Part shown: piece after piece, positions 10,733 through 20,072 of the stretch
How positions within the stretch are numbered: position 1 is the first letter of the stretch
Layout: the number at the start of each line of letters is the position of its first letter
Source: an uncultured bacterium
GTDB lineage: Bacteria > Auribacterota > Erginobacteria > Erginobacterales > CAZKCI01
DNA: 64,000 bases
NCBI GenBank assembly: GCA_964584165.1
Contig: CAZOYW010000001.1
Location: forward strand, 45,730-109,729
Reading direction: 5' to 3'
Notes under the pieces: model-generated
The model's input: the letters and a program-made list of their open reading frames with translations, nothing else
Databases searched by the model: none
What the model was told of the DNA's origin: nothing
Made by a program: the position numbers and the translations under genes

Positions 10733-11302
10733 TCAGACTTCCACGAACTTCGCTCCCGCCGCCCGGGCGTCGGCCAAATGGCCGGGCCGCTTCTTGAGAT
10801 CGTCCGTCTTTTCGATTCCGCGGAAGGTCAGGCGGCCGGAGATGTTGGCGTTGAGGATCGAGAAGAACTCCTTCAGGGTGACGAAGCTCCCCTCGAAGGT
10901 CCGTTCGCCTTCCGTCGCCCCCACCATGATGACGAAGGCGTGGCGCGGGACTCCGGGGATGGACTGTTTCAGGGAGTATTTCCGTATAAAATACAGCTCG
11001 ACCCGGTCCACCAGCGCCTTGAGCTGGGCGGGGAGGGCATAGAAGAATACCGGCGAGGCGAGCACGATCTTCTCGGCCTCGAGGATCTTGCGGAAAAGCT
11101 CGCCGGCGTCGTCCCGGATCGAGCACTCCCCGGTCCGCAGGCAGTGGTGGTCCTCGCGGCAGGGGGCGATGGCGAGGTCGGGGAGAACGACCTTCTCGAA
11201 GGACCCTCCCGCCTTGGTCAGACCGACCAGGAACTCGTCGAGGAGAGACTCGCTGTTTCCCCCCCGGCGGGGAGAGGCGGCCAAAGCCAGCACGCGCTTC
11301 AT
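10733..11302 (-). CDS. Flavodoxin-fold NADPH-dependent FMN reductase / iron-sulfur flavoprotein family
   Basis: ASPRRGGNS, PCREDHHC...C, ASPVFF, LKALVDR; ATG at 11302. Confidence 0.9.
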   Translation of the reverse strand: MKRVLALAASPRRGGNSESLLDEFLVGLTKAGGSFEKVVLPDLAIAPCREDHHCLRTGECSIRDDAGELFRKILEAEKIVLASPVFFYALPAQLKALVDRVELYFIRKYSLKQSIPGVPRHAFVIMVGATEGERTFEGSFVTLKEFFSILNANISGRLTFRGIEKTDDLKKRPGHLADARAAGAKFVEV

Positions 11303-11400
11303 CGGCACCTCCGCGGGCAAGGGAAGCCGCCGGCGGGATTGCCGGGGATTGCTTCCCGGGGGAAAGACTAGACAATAGCGGCGCCGATTGTCAACTTCGA

Positions 11401-12132
11401 TCATTCCTCCGCTGCGGCCCCGGGACGGGAGAGGAGGACGCGCACCGTGTTCTCGGAGTAGCGGATCATCCTGGCCAGGGGCGCGCCGCCCTCCTCCCGG
11501 CGCCGCCAGTCCGCGATCCGGTCGCGGACGGCGTCCGCGGCGCCGGCGTCGCCCACCCGCCGGAGCTCGACGATCGCCTGGAAGGCGACGGGATCGCGGC
11601 CGCTCGAGCGCAGGACCTCCACGAGCCTTTCCTGGCGGTCGGGGAAGGCGAACTCGGAGAGGATCCGGGGAACCTCCTCCTGCCGCTCTCCAGAGAGTTC
11701 GCGCCATCTCCGCCCGATCTCCTCCCCCGCCGCGGGGGCCCCCAGCTGGCGCAGGGAGGCGGCCGAGGCCACGCGCAGGGCGGAGTCTTTGCTCCGGACG
11801 CCGAAGGGGCCGGGGGCGGCGGGGTCGAGCAAGGCGAGGCAGAGCCGGCTGAGCTCCGGGATCGACTCCCGGTCTTTCAGGTCGCCCACGGCGCGGGCGG
11901 CGGCGATGCGGGCCCCGGTCGGGCAGGCCGGGCAGGAGATGATCTCCCGCAGCTCGGCGAGCGCCCCCCCTCCCTTCTTCGCGACCAGCTCCTCCACCCG
12001 CTTCTCCTCCTCTCCGGGCGCGTCCTCGCAGATCAGGCAGGGGAAGGCCCTGGAGGCGAAAAGGCAGCAACCGACGACGAAGAGCCGGGCGAACCGCCGG
12101 GGGGATACGCGTTGCGAAGTCAGCTTGTTCAT
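11401..12132 (-). CDS. Exported HEAT/PBS-lyase-like repeat protein
   Basis: Signal-like N-terminus; RIAAARAVGDLKDRESIPEL, RVASAASLRQLG, AIVELRRVGD repeats. Confidence 0.65.
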   Translation of the reverse strand: MNKLTSQRVSPRRFARLFVVGCCLFASRAFPCLICEDAPGEEEKRVEELVAKKGGGALAELREIISCPACPTGARIAAARAVGDLKDRESIPELSRLCLALLDPAAPGPFGVRSKDSALRVASAASLRQLGAPAAGEEIGRRWRELSGERQEEVPRILSEFAFPDRQERLVEVLRSSGRDPVAFQAIVELRRVGDAGAADAVRDRIADWRRREEGGAPLARMIRYSENTVRVLLSRPGAAAEE

Positions 12133-12189
12133 TCCCTCATCCTTTCCGAAGGGCGAACCCTGGGGGGCGTTCCCGCCCCGGGCGGGACC

Positions 12190-12915
12190 TCAGATCAGGC
12201 CGTTCTCCCGCAGGCTGAAGCATCCGTCCTCGCCGACGACGACGTGGTCGAGAACCTCGATCCCGACCGCGGCGCAGGCGGCCTTCAGGCGAACGGTGAT
12301 CTCGATGTCCTCCCGGCTGGGGCGGAGCGTCCCCCCGGTGTGGTTGTGGGCGAAGACCAGCCGCGAGGCGTTGTGCCGGAGGGCGGAGGCGATCACCTCG
12401 CGGGGATGGACCACCGCCTGGTCGACCGTCCCCGAGAAGAGCTCCTCGGCGGCGAGGAGGCGGTTGGCGTTGCTGAGATAGAGGACGGTGAATACCTCCC
12501 GGCGCCGGCCGGAAAGCGCGCCCCGGAGGTAGTCGAAAACTTCCCGGGGCGAGCCCACCAGGGGTTTCTCCCGCGCCTTTTCCGCCAGATAGCCGCGGGC
12601 GGCCTCCCGGACCAGCGACAGGCCGAAAACGTTCTTGGGGCCGATCCCCCGGACTTCCCGGAGAAGCTCGGTCGGGGCGTCGATCACTCCCTTCCAGGAA
12701 CCGAAGCGCTGGAGCGCCCGCCGCGCCGTCTCCCGGCAATCCCTCCGCGGCGTCCCCAGCGTGAGGAGGAGCTCGACGATCTCGTAGTCGAGGAAACCCG
12801 CGAGGCCGCCCTGGAGAAAACGCTCTCGGAGGCGATTCCGATGACCCTCTCCCCGAGGCAGAGATTCCTTAAGGGGGGATACGGGTCCGGACGCGATTGG
12901 TTCGGCGGGGAGCAT
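12190..12915 (-). CDS. radC: RadC (JAB/MPN domain) family protein
   Basis: GHRNRLRERF, HhH GIGPK, GTVDQAVVHPREV, AHNH...PSREDI, LDHVVVG. Start uncertain; the longer 12190..14664 ORF is an upstream read-through artefact. Confidence 0.93.
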   Translation of the reverse strand: MLPAEPIASGPVSPLKESLPRGEGHRNRLRERFLQGGLAGFLDYEIVELLLTLGTPRRDCRETARRALQRFGSWKGVIDAPTELLREVRGIGPKNVFGLSLVREAARGYLAEKAREKPLVGSPREVFDYLRGALSGRRREVFTVLYLSNANRLLAAEELFSGTVDQAVVHPREVIASALRHNASRLVFAHNHTGGTLRPSREDIEITVRLKAACAAVGIEVLDHVVVGEDGCFSLRENGLI

Positions 12916-12932
12916 GGAAAAACACCAATATT

Positions 12933-14591
12933 TCACCCTCTCAGCAGATCGAATTCTTTGAGGTCGATCCTTCCCTCCCGGAGGAGTTCCTCCCCCCGGA
13001 GGCGGATGGCGCTCCCGGCGAGAGCCTCCCCGGCGGCCTTCGCCTCCGGCAGCCCCCGGCTTCGCAAGGCCTCCTTGATCTCCGGGGTGAAGACAACGCA
13101 CTCGAAAAGCCATTCCACCCCCTGGAAGCCGGTCCCGCGGCAGGCCGGGCAGCCGACCGGGCGAAAGAGCTTCTCGAAGCCCCGCGCGGCGAGGAAGCGG
13201 CGGCCGCGGACGTCCGCGTCGCCGATCGGCTCCGCCCGGCGGCAGGACGGGCAGAGGAGACGAACCGGGCGGACGGCCAGGACGGCCCGGAGGGCGGAGA
13301 GGAAAAGGGAGGCCGGGAGGCCGCATTCGCCGGCGAAGGCGAGGCAATCCGCTACGGCGCCGAGTTCGCTCTTGCCCACCACGGCCGCCCCGCCGAGGGC
13401 GAGCCGGACCGCCTGGGCGAGAGTCTCCTTCCCGTCGATGAAGTCCGTGAAGACGGCGTCGGGGTTCTGGCGGGCGAGGGACTGGAGTCCGCGGGAGTAA
13501 CCCGCGTCGCTGTCCGTCTCCGCCTTGATCTCGGTGTAATCCCGCTCCTCCCCGCGGTCGTCCCGGCGCAGGGCGATGGCCTTGACCCGCGGCGAGATCT
13601 GGCGCTTGAAGGCGGCCTCGGCCGCCTGGAGCGGCAGCCCCCGGCCCGGCCCGCAGACGAGGTAGAGCCCGCCGTCCCGGCCGAAGGCGGAGGCAAACTC
13701 CCGCCAGGCCGGGGCGGCGGAGAGCGCGGCGGAGCCGTCCGCCCCCCCGTCGGCCGAGTTCTCGAAGGAGACCAAGGCTCCCGTACCGCCCAGGGCGGGG
13801 AAGAAGGAGAGGTGCAGGAAGGCCTTGGTCCCCCCCAGGGTCATGGAGAACTTGCGCCCCGCGTCCCCGTTCTCCGCTCCGGCCACTACCTTGAGGCGGG
13901 CGATGCAGATCGTCCGGAAGATCGGAGGATAGAGGGCCCGTTCCTCCATCCCCGCGGCCGAACGGTAGCGGACCCGGAGGCCCGCGGAGGCGGGCTCGAA
14001 GTGGATCTCCTTGATCCCCCTCCGCCAGCCCTCCAGGAGGTGGAAGTAGACCAGCGAGGCTCCCGTGATGTCGGAGATCAGGCGGGCGTAGGGCAGGTCG
14101 GGCGGCGGCTCGTAGCCGGAGAGGCGGTAGGCGCGGGCGATCTCGCCCCCCCCGGAGGAGAAGAAGTAGTCGAGCACGAAGAGGATCGCCTCCCGCCGCG
14201 CCACCGCCGGAAGGATCTCCCGCCGGGCGAAAAGGGCGAGCTCGGCGAGAGCCCGGGGGTCGCTGGGGTCGGCCAGGGCTACCCGCAGGGCCTCGCCTTC
14301 CCGGGCGATCGGGACCGCGAGGTGCTCGGTCAGGACCTCGGCCGGGACGGACGCCACCGCTTCGCGGCTGATCCGCTCCGGGATGAGCTCCACGTAGGGG
14401 ATCCCCATCGCCGCCGCCAGCGCCCGGTTGAGATCGTCCTCCGAGAGGTAGCCGCGCTCCCGGAGGTGGGAGGCGAGCGTCCCCCCCGTCCGCTTCTGCT
14501 CGCGGCAGGCCAGGGTGATCCGGTGGAGCGGGATGAGGCGGCTCCGGGCCAGGTGGCGGATGAACTTGGTCTGGGAGAAGGCCTTCCTCAC
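12933..14591 (-). CDS. PilB/GspE-family protein with degenerate ATPase motifs
   Basis: MshEN/T2SSE_N-like N-terminus, EIHFEP...VRYR, RLKVVAG, RLLCPSC and GCPACRGTGFQG zinc motifs; Walker A/B eroded. Confidence 0.8.
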   Translation of the reverse strand: MRKAFSQTKFIRHLARSRLIPLHRITLACREQKRTGGTLASHLRERGYLSEDDLNRALAAAMGIPYVELIPERISREAVASVPAEVLTEHLAVPIAREGEALRVALADPSDPRALAELALFARREILPAVARREAILFVLDYFFSSGGGEIARAYRLSGYEPPPDLPYARLISDITGASLVYFHLLEGWRRGIKEIHFEPASAGLRVRYRSAAGMEERALYPPIFRTICIARLKVVAGAENGDAGRKFSMTLGGTKAFLHLSFFPALGGTGALVSFENSADGGADGSAALSAAPAWREFASAFGRDGGLYLVCGPGRGLPLQAAEAAFKRQISPRVKAIALRRDDRGEERDYTEIKAETDSDAGYSRGLQSLARQNPDAVFTDFIDGKETLAQAVRLALGGAAVVGKSELGAVADCLAFAGECGLPASLFLSALRAVLAVRPVRLLCPSCRRAEPIGDADVRGRRFLAARGFEKLFRPVGCPACRGTGFQGVEWLFECVVFTPEIKEALRSRGLPEAKAAGEALAGSAIRLRGEELLREGRIDLKEFDLLRG

Positions 14592-14980
14592 GGCGCGCCC
14601 TCTCCTCCCTTCCCGGAGGAGACCAGGTTGTCCCCGACGGCGGCGACCTCCTCCGGGGAGTCATCCGCCGCGAAAACCTCGGCCGCTCCCAGCTCCCGCG
14701 CCATCTCGCGGTGGAGGCTCCCGGACTGGCCCTCCACCATGACCACGGGGACGGCGGCGGTCCGGGGGGAATCCTTGAGCCGGACCAGTACGGTCAGACC
14801 GTCCAGGCCCGGCATCACCACGTCGAGGACGATCAGGTCCGGACGATGGCGGGCGGCCGCGAGGAGACATTCGGCCCCGTCGGCGGCCTCGGTCACCCGG
14901 TAACCCCGGAGGGCGAAGGCGTCCCGGAGGGCGAAGCGGGGGGCGGACTCGTCGTTGACGATCAGGACGATCTTCTTCAT
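14588..14980 (-). CDS. Single-domain response regulator (atypical receiver)
   Basis: IVNDE...PDLIVLDVVMPGLDGL...VPVVMV; overlaps the start of the PilB-like gene. Confidence 0.85.
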   Translation of the reverse strand: MKKIVLIVNDESAPRFALRDAFALRGYRVTEAADGAECLLAAARHRPDLIVLDVVMPGLDGLTVLVRLKDSPRTAAVPVVMVEGQSGSLHREMARELGAAEVFAADDSPEEVAAVGDNLVSSGKGGEGAP

Positions 14981-15267
14981 CTTCCATTTTCCGCGGGGCG
15001 GGACGCCCCGCCCCGCGGGAAATGGAAGTATAGCAGATATTCCGCGCCTTCGAAAATGCGGGCGGCGGATTCTTCTTTTCACGGTTCACGGTCCGCGGTT
15101 TACGGTTTACAATCCCGGCATTGCTCCCCTACTATATAGACTCTTCTCGCGCCGATTTTCTTGCAACAATCGCGGCGCGCTGGCGTCCAAAGCCGGCATC
15201 CCAGACGGGAACCCAGAACAGAGAGCCCGATCGCGCGCCGCGCCGGATCGGGACACAGGAGACGGGG

Positions 15268-15600
15268 ATGAACATCAAGAACGTGAACGACGTCCGGGTG
15301 GTGGCCCTGGTCGCCCGCTTCGACGCCTACAGCGCCCGCGACGTCGAGACGGCGCTCAAGGGGCTGATCGACGGGGGGGCGAAAAAGATCGTCTGCGACT
15401 TCTCTTCCACCGAGTACATCTCGAGCGCGGGCCTGCGCGTGCTCCTCTCCACCGCCAAGGCCCTCCAGAAGAGCGGGGGCAAGATCGCCCTCTGTAGCCT
15501 CAAGCCCTACGTGCGGGAGGTCTTCGAAACCGCCGGATTCACCCAGCTCTTCCCCATCTTCGAAGACGAGGCGAAGGCAGTGGTCGGACTGAACCAGTAA
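15268..15600 (+). CDS. STAS-domain anti-sigma factor antagonist
   Basis: DFSSTEYISSAGLRVLL; VREVFETAGF; AGGAG RBS. Confidence 0.93.
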   Translation: MNIKNVNDVRVVALVARFDAYSARDVETALKGLIDGGAKKIVCDFSSTEYISSAGLRVLLSTAKALQKSGGKIALCSLKPYVREVFETAGFTQLFPIFEDEAKAVVGLNQ

Positions 15601-15614
15601 CTGAAGAAGAAGGG

Positions 15615-15716
15615 ATCAGTAATCAGTAACCAATCGCCGGTTGCTGATCACTGATCACTGATTACTGATCACTGATTACTGATCACTGATTACTGGTCAC
15701 TGATTACTGGTCACTG
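15615..15716. repeat. Family A array: 2 forward units plus 10 reverse units CTGRTYA
   Basis: Counted directly; 15604-15636 matches the reverse complement of about 34686-34716. Confidence 0.92.
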
Positions 15717-15745
15717 GTTCCTTCCCCTGCGGCACGGCGGGAAGG

Positions 15746-16933
15746 CTAACCCGCATACATCTCCGCGAAGGTCCGGATCGCCGACGCCGCCTCTTCCCCC
15801 GGGACGAGAAGCAGGTGGTTCCCCAGGGGGGCGTCCAGGTATTCCCCGATCCCCTCCCCGCAGCGGACCCGCACCTGCGTCCGGCAGAGGTCGCTCCGCC
15901 GCGGGCTGCCCAGGATCTCGCCCCGGACGATAAAGTGGCGCGAGAGGTCCCTCCCCCCGAAGCGGAAGACCGCGCAGGGCCCCGGAGGAATCTCCCCCTG
16001 GACCGAGACCCCCTTCCCCGATTCGAAATGGGTGAGGAGCCGGGGGCGGCGAAGCAGGCGGAAGGGGGCCGTGCAGTGGGCGAGGATCGTCTCGTTGCGC
16101 TTCCGGTCGACCGCCGAGGGGTTGGCCATGAAGACCGGCGAGTCGGTCAGGAGCTGGCCGACGAGCATGCTGAAGAGGGCGGGGACGTCCCCCTCGCAGG
16201 CGGCGGGCGTCCCCTCGTCGTTCAGGCGGGAGAGGGCCAGGCAGCCCGTGTTCCCGGTCCGGGAGAGGAGGTCGAAGCAGCGCAGGGTGATCCCGTCGAG
16301 GCGATGGGCCCGGATCAATGACTGCAACCCCCGGTGGAAAGAGAGGGCCTGGCTCAAGACCCCCCGGTCCCCGAACCGAGGCCACCCCGCCGCCGGTTGG
16401 GCGGGGCGGCCCGATTCCCGGAGCATCTCCCGGAGGGAGAGGGGGACGAGCGCGCACCCCCAGCGCTTCTTCACGGCCGACGGATCGACCCGGGACGCGA
16501 TCAGCCAGGGGGAGGGGGCGCCGACCACGCCCAGGCGGGCGTTCCGGATCCGGGCGCGGGCGAAGGAGGCCGCCGCCCGCCGCCCGATCTCCCGCGCCAG
16601 CTCGGCGGGGGGGCCGTGGAGGAGAACCCCCTTCCCGCCCCGCTCCCGGATAAAGGCGAGCATCTCCAGGGCCGCCGGGAGGGAGTTTTCCGCGGGGTGC
16701 GTGAGGAGGACGACCGGCCTCTCCAGGCGGGGATAGACCCTCCGGAAGATCGTCTCCGTCCCTCCGGTCTGGACGAAGACCAGGGCGGGGCGCCCCTCTC
16801 TCGCCGGACGCAGGGAAAAACCCCCTTCCTCCTCCAACCGCTTCAGGAAAGGGACGGCCTTCCGCCGGATCCGCTCCGGGTCGTGGATGGGGGACGCGAG
16901 GGGGAGGTAATCGATCGTCAGAATCCCGGCCAC
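15746..16933 (-). CDS. L-fucose/L-arabinose isomerase-like protein
   Basis: GTG after AAGGAG; DGITLRCFDLL, ACEGD, LAHCTAP, THFESG, CRTQV, LGNH. Confidence 0.75.
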   Translation of the reverse strand: MAGILTIDYLPLASPIHDPERIRRKAVPFLKRLEEEGGFSLRPAREGRPALVFVQTGGTETIFRRVYPRLERPVVLLTHPAENSLPAALEMLAFIRERGGKGVLLHGPPAELAREIGRRAAASFARARIRNARLGVVGAPSPWLIASRVDPSAVKKRWGCALVPLSLREMLRESGRPAQPAAGWPRFGDRGVLSQALSFHRGLQSLIRAHRLDGITLRCFDLLSRTGNTGCLALSRLNDEGTPAACEGDVPALFSMLVGQLLTDSPVFMANPSAVDRKRNETILAHCTAPFRLLRRPRLLTHFESGKGVSVQGEIPPGPCAVFRFGGRDLSRHFIVRGEILGSPRRSDLCRTQVRVRCGEGIGEYLDAPLGNHLLLVPGEEAASAIRTFAEMYAG

Positions 16934-18489
16934 AGGTATCTCCTTCCCAAGGGGTCCTTCTTGCGGATCCGGATCACCGAGAGCTGGCCGTCCTCGAAGA
17001 TCAGGTCGGCCTCCCGGCCCGGGAAGTCCACCCACCAATTCCGGGCGGGGTTGGGGGGATTGCGGAGAGCGCCGCGGCGGCGCAGGGTCTCGAGCGTCTC
17101 TTCCCGGGGCTGGCCGATCCGGGCCCCGCACATCTCCCCGGCGAAGGGCTCGAAGGCGCTGACGCCGATCGTGGCCCCCTGGCGGAAGATGAAATAGAGC
17201 CCTTGGTCGTTGTAGCGGGCAAAGGTGACCCCGAAGTGGTCGTCGTTGGATATGGCCTCCGCGCCCTGCAACTTGATCTTGCCCAGGCTGGAGGGCTCGC
17301 CGAAGGCGAGCCGCACCTGGCGCTCGCCGAGTTCGAAAGGCCGCTCCAGGGAGAAACGCCGGCGCGAGGCCTCGTCGCCCTGAGTCTCCGCTCTCGCCTG
17401 GCGGAGGCGGTTGGTCGCCGCCTTGATCTCCTTCTCGAGGCCGGCGGCGGAGGCGGTGTTCCACTGGGGATCCTCCAGGCGGAGCATCCCCACCTCCCCC
17501 TCGGCCTTTCCGCAGGCCTGAAGGGCTTCCTCGATCTCGCCCGCTTTCTCCCGTTCCCCGGCCTCGCCGAGGCGGCGGCGGGCCAGGTCATAGCGCCGCG
17601 AGGGCTCAAGGACGGTGTTCTCCTCGTCCGGGACGACCCCCTGCGTTTCTTTTTCCGCCCAGCGCAGCAGGGCGTTCTCCAGGGCGAGGGCGTCCGGGAA
17701 CTCCCCTCCCCACCTCTTGGGCAGAAGCTTTTCCGGGTCTTCTCTCCAGAAGAGGGCCTCCGAGCAGAAAGCGAGGAACTCCCCCGGCTGGCCGCGGAAG
17801 GAGAGAAGGAAACGGACCAGGGCCTCCGATTCCAGGTAAAGCAGCTCATTCGAAACCGCGTTTTCGGGATAGGACTTCATCCGCAGGATCTCCGCGATCG
17901 GGATCAGCCGGCAGCGTTGCTGGACGTTCAAGAGCGCGAGGAGATTCTGCTTCCAGTCCGTGGTCTCGTGGGCCTGGGCGAAGCCCTCGTGGAGCCAGAC
18001 GGGGATCGGATACTTACGGAGGGGATCGAGGACGACCTCGAGGATCAGGTGGCTGAGCTCGTGGGGGAGGCTCTCCGTGAGCAGCTCGTCCGATTCGTAG
18101 AGGTAGATCGCGGCCGCCTCGCCCGCCCTCCCCAGCCTGAAGAAAGCCTGGACGCCCTCGATGTCTCCGGAGTGGAACTGGGCGGCCCGCCGAATGTATT
18201 CCTTCCTATCCGGCCAGACGAAGACCTGGCAGCGCGCGGAGAGGGCGCGCGTGACGTTCAGGTCCTCGGTCACCCGGCGATGGGTCTCCTCCAGAGCCGT
18301 GAGGACGCGGCCGGCCGTCTCCTGGTCCCGGGCGTAAACGGTGAAGTGGAGCGAGCTCTTCCAGGCGGCGAGACCCGTCTCCTCCGGGATGCGGGAGTGG
18401 GTTTCCAGCCCCCGGGCGGGATGGAGGCCCAGGAGCGCCAGCGCGGCGGGAAGCGCCAGGCGGGCGAGCGATCGAAACGGTTGGCTCAT
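16918..18489 (-). CDS. Exported peptidase MA-like (gluzincin) protein
   Basis: Signal peptide; LPHELSH...PVWLHEGFA zinc motif; additional C-terminal domain. Confidence 0.7.
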   Translation of the reverse strand: MSQPFRSLARLALPAALALLGLHPARGLETHSRIPEETGLAAWKSSLHFTVYARDQETAGRVLTALEETHRRVTEDLNVTRALSARCQVFVWPDRKEYIRRAAQFHSGDIEGVQAFFRLGRAGEAAAIYLYESDELLTESLPHELSHLILEVVLDPLRKYPIPVWLHEGFAQAHETTDWKQNLLALLNVQQRCRLIPIAEILRMKSYPENAVSNELLYLESEALVRFLLSFRGQPGEFLAFCSEALFWREDPEKLLPKRWGGEFPDALALENALLRWAEKETQGVVPDEENTVLEPSRRYDLARRRLGEAGEREKAGEIEEALQACGKAEGEVGMLRLEDPQWNTASAAGLEKEIKAATNRLRQARAETQGDEASRRRFSLERPFELGERQVRLAFGEPSSLGKIKLQGAEAISNDDHFGVTFARYNDQGLYFIFRQGATIGVSAFEPFAGEMCGARIGQPREETLETLRRRGALRNPPNPARNWWVDFPGREADLIFEDGQLSVIRIRKKDPLGRRYLWPGF

Positions 18490-18503
18490 GGCGTATGGCG
18501 GGC

Positions 18504-20024
18504 TCACCGCTTCGGGATGGCGATCGACTCTTCCTTCAGCCCCTGGACATACTCCAGCCATTGCTTTTCGAGGACCAGCGGCTCGACCTGGAAAAAGCGC
18601 CGGAAGAGGACGATCTTCTCCCCGGCGCTCAAATCCTTCCCGTCCTTCGTCTCGTTCAGGTGGGCGATGTATCGGCCGAGGCAGGGGCGGTACCTCCCCC
18701 CTTCCCCGTGCATGAGGTAGTGGAAGAGGGCCCAGGACTCGCCGTAGGCCAGATCCACCCGGTCGAGATGGGAGAGGAAGAAACCCTCGGCGGGCACCAG
18801 CAGCTCCTTCAAGGGGATGAAGCGACCCAGGGCCAGCCCCTCCCGGAAGGACTGCAGGGCCTCGGCGTTGATGTTTCCCGCGGGCTGGTCGTGGAAATCC
18901 CAGTAGCTGGGATGCTCGAAATACTGGGCGCTCCCCTCCACCAGCCAGGTCGGATAGACGTTCCCGGTTTGGGCGAAGAAACCGGTGTTGTAGCAGAGCT
19001 GGTGGGCGGCCTCGTGGATCATCACGTCCGCCTTCATCTGCCTCATCCAGCTGGCGGCGCGCAGCGCCAGCCCCGTCCCCGAGACGCGCAGGCCGTCGGC
19101 GTCGAAGCCTCCGGTCCCGCTTTCGGCGTGCCCGGCCAGGTGCTTGTACGCCGGGTGGGTGCGGTAATCGTACACGTAAAGCGCGTTCTCGGACCAGGAG
19201 AAGAAGCCGGGGCAGGACCAGGACTCGATCCCGGTGGTGGCGGCGTAGTCCCGGTAGTCCTTGAAGATGACCGCGACCAGCTTCTCCGGCGGGGGGTGCA
19301 GGGCAAGGTTCAGGGAGGAGACCACGGCCTGGAACTTCTCGGCGAGCGTGTCGAAATAGCGGCAGGCGTCCTCGGCGTATTTCACTTCGCCGCTGTAATA
19401 AACCAGGAAATGCTTCCCCGCGAAGGAGCGCATTCTCTTCTGCAGCTCTCCCACCGCGATCCGCGCCGCGGCCGCCTTGGCCTTCTCCTCCTCCGCTTCC
19501 GCCGAGTGCAGGGACGAGGAGACGTCCTCCCCCGGTTCCCCGCCCTTAGCCGGGGCGGCGGCGTCGCCCTTCCCGCGCTGCAAGAGCTGCATCTGGTTGG
19601 CGCGGAAGTAGGCGACATAAGACACTTCGTAATGCTTGGTTTTGAACGACGAGTTCTTGGTGGTATGCACGAGCCCTTTGTCCTTGATCTCGATCACCCA
19701 GGCCCCCCGGAAGATGATGCGGTCCCCGGCCTGGGGAACGCCGCATTTCTTGACGTAGCGGTCGTAGATGGCCTTGCTGACGTAGGCCATCCGGAAATTC
19801 CCCTCCCTGGAATCGGCATCCGCCAGGGCGACGACGTTGGGGTTGTTGGGGGCGAGCGACATCCCGCCCAGGCGGATGGTAAGGGAGTCCCCGCAATACT
19901 GCCGGCGCAGGCGGGTCATCAAATCCCCGTACATTCCGGCGCGGGCGGAAGGCGGGAGAACGGCCGCCGGCGCGAAAACCAAGATCCCCCCCAGGATGAA
20001 GACAAGAAGATCTCGGAAGGTCAT
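18504..20024 (-). CDS. Exported DUF1570-like (gluzincin) protein
   Basis: Signal peptide; IHEAAHQL...PTWLVEGSAQYFE; AYGESWALFHYLM. Confidence 0.75.
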   Translation of the reverse strand: MTFRDLLVFILGGILVFAPAAVLPPSARAGMYGDLMTRLRRQYCGDSLTIRLGGMSLAPNNPNVVALADADSREGNFRMAYVSKAIYDRYVKKCGVPQAGDRIIFRGAWVIEIKDKGLVHTTKNSSFKTKHYEVSYVAYFRANQMQLLQRGKGDAAAPAKGGEPGEDVSSSLHSAEAEEEKAKAAAARIAVGELQKRMRSFAGKHFLVYYSGEVKYAEDACRYFDTLAEKFQAVVSSLNLALHPPPEKLVAVIFKDYRDYAATTGIESWSCPGFFSWSENALYVYDYRTHPAYKHLAGHAESGTGGFDADGLRVSGTGLALRAASWMRQMKADVMIHEAAHQLCYNTGFFAQTGNVYPTWLVEGSAQYFEHPSYWDFHDQPAGNINAEALQSFREGLALGRFIPLKELLVPAEGFFLSHLDRVDLAYGESWALFHYLMHGEGGRYRPCLGRYIAHLNETKDGKDLSAGEKIVLFRRFFQVEPLVLEKQWLEYVQGLKEESIAIPKR

Positions 20025-20072
20025 GGAGTCCTTCCTACCCCCGCTTTGTTAGGCCGGCCTTGCCGGCCGGCC

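Noticed and set aside
12190-14664. 824-aa ORF suggesting a giant RadC fusion
   Set aside because: The N-terminal ~580 aa is low-complexity R/P/G read-through in an alternative frame of the PilB-like gene; RadC begins near 12915.
10597-15716. Heptamer arrays as possible CRISPR arrays
   Set aside because: Units are 7-10 nt with no unique spacers, and there are no cas genes.
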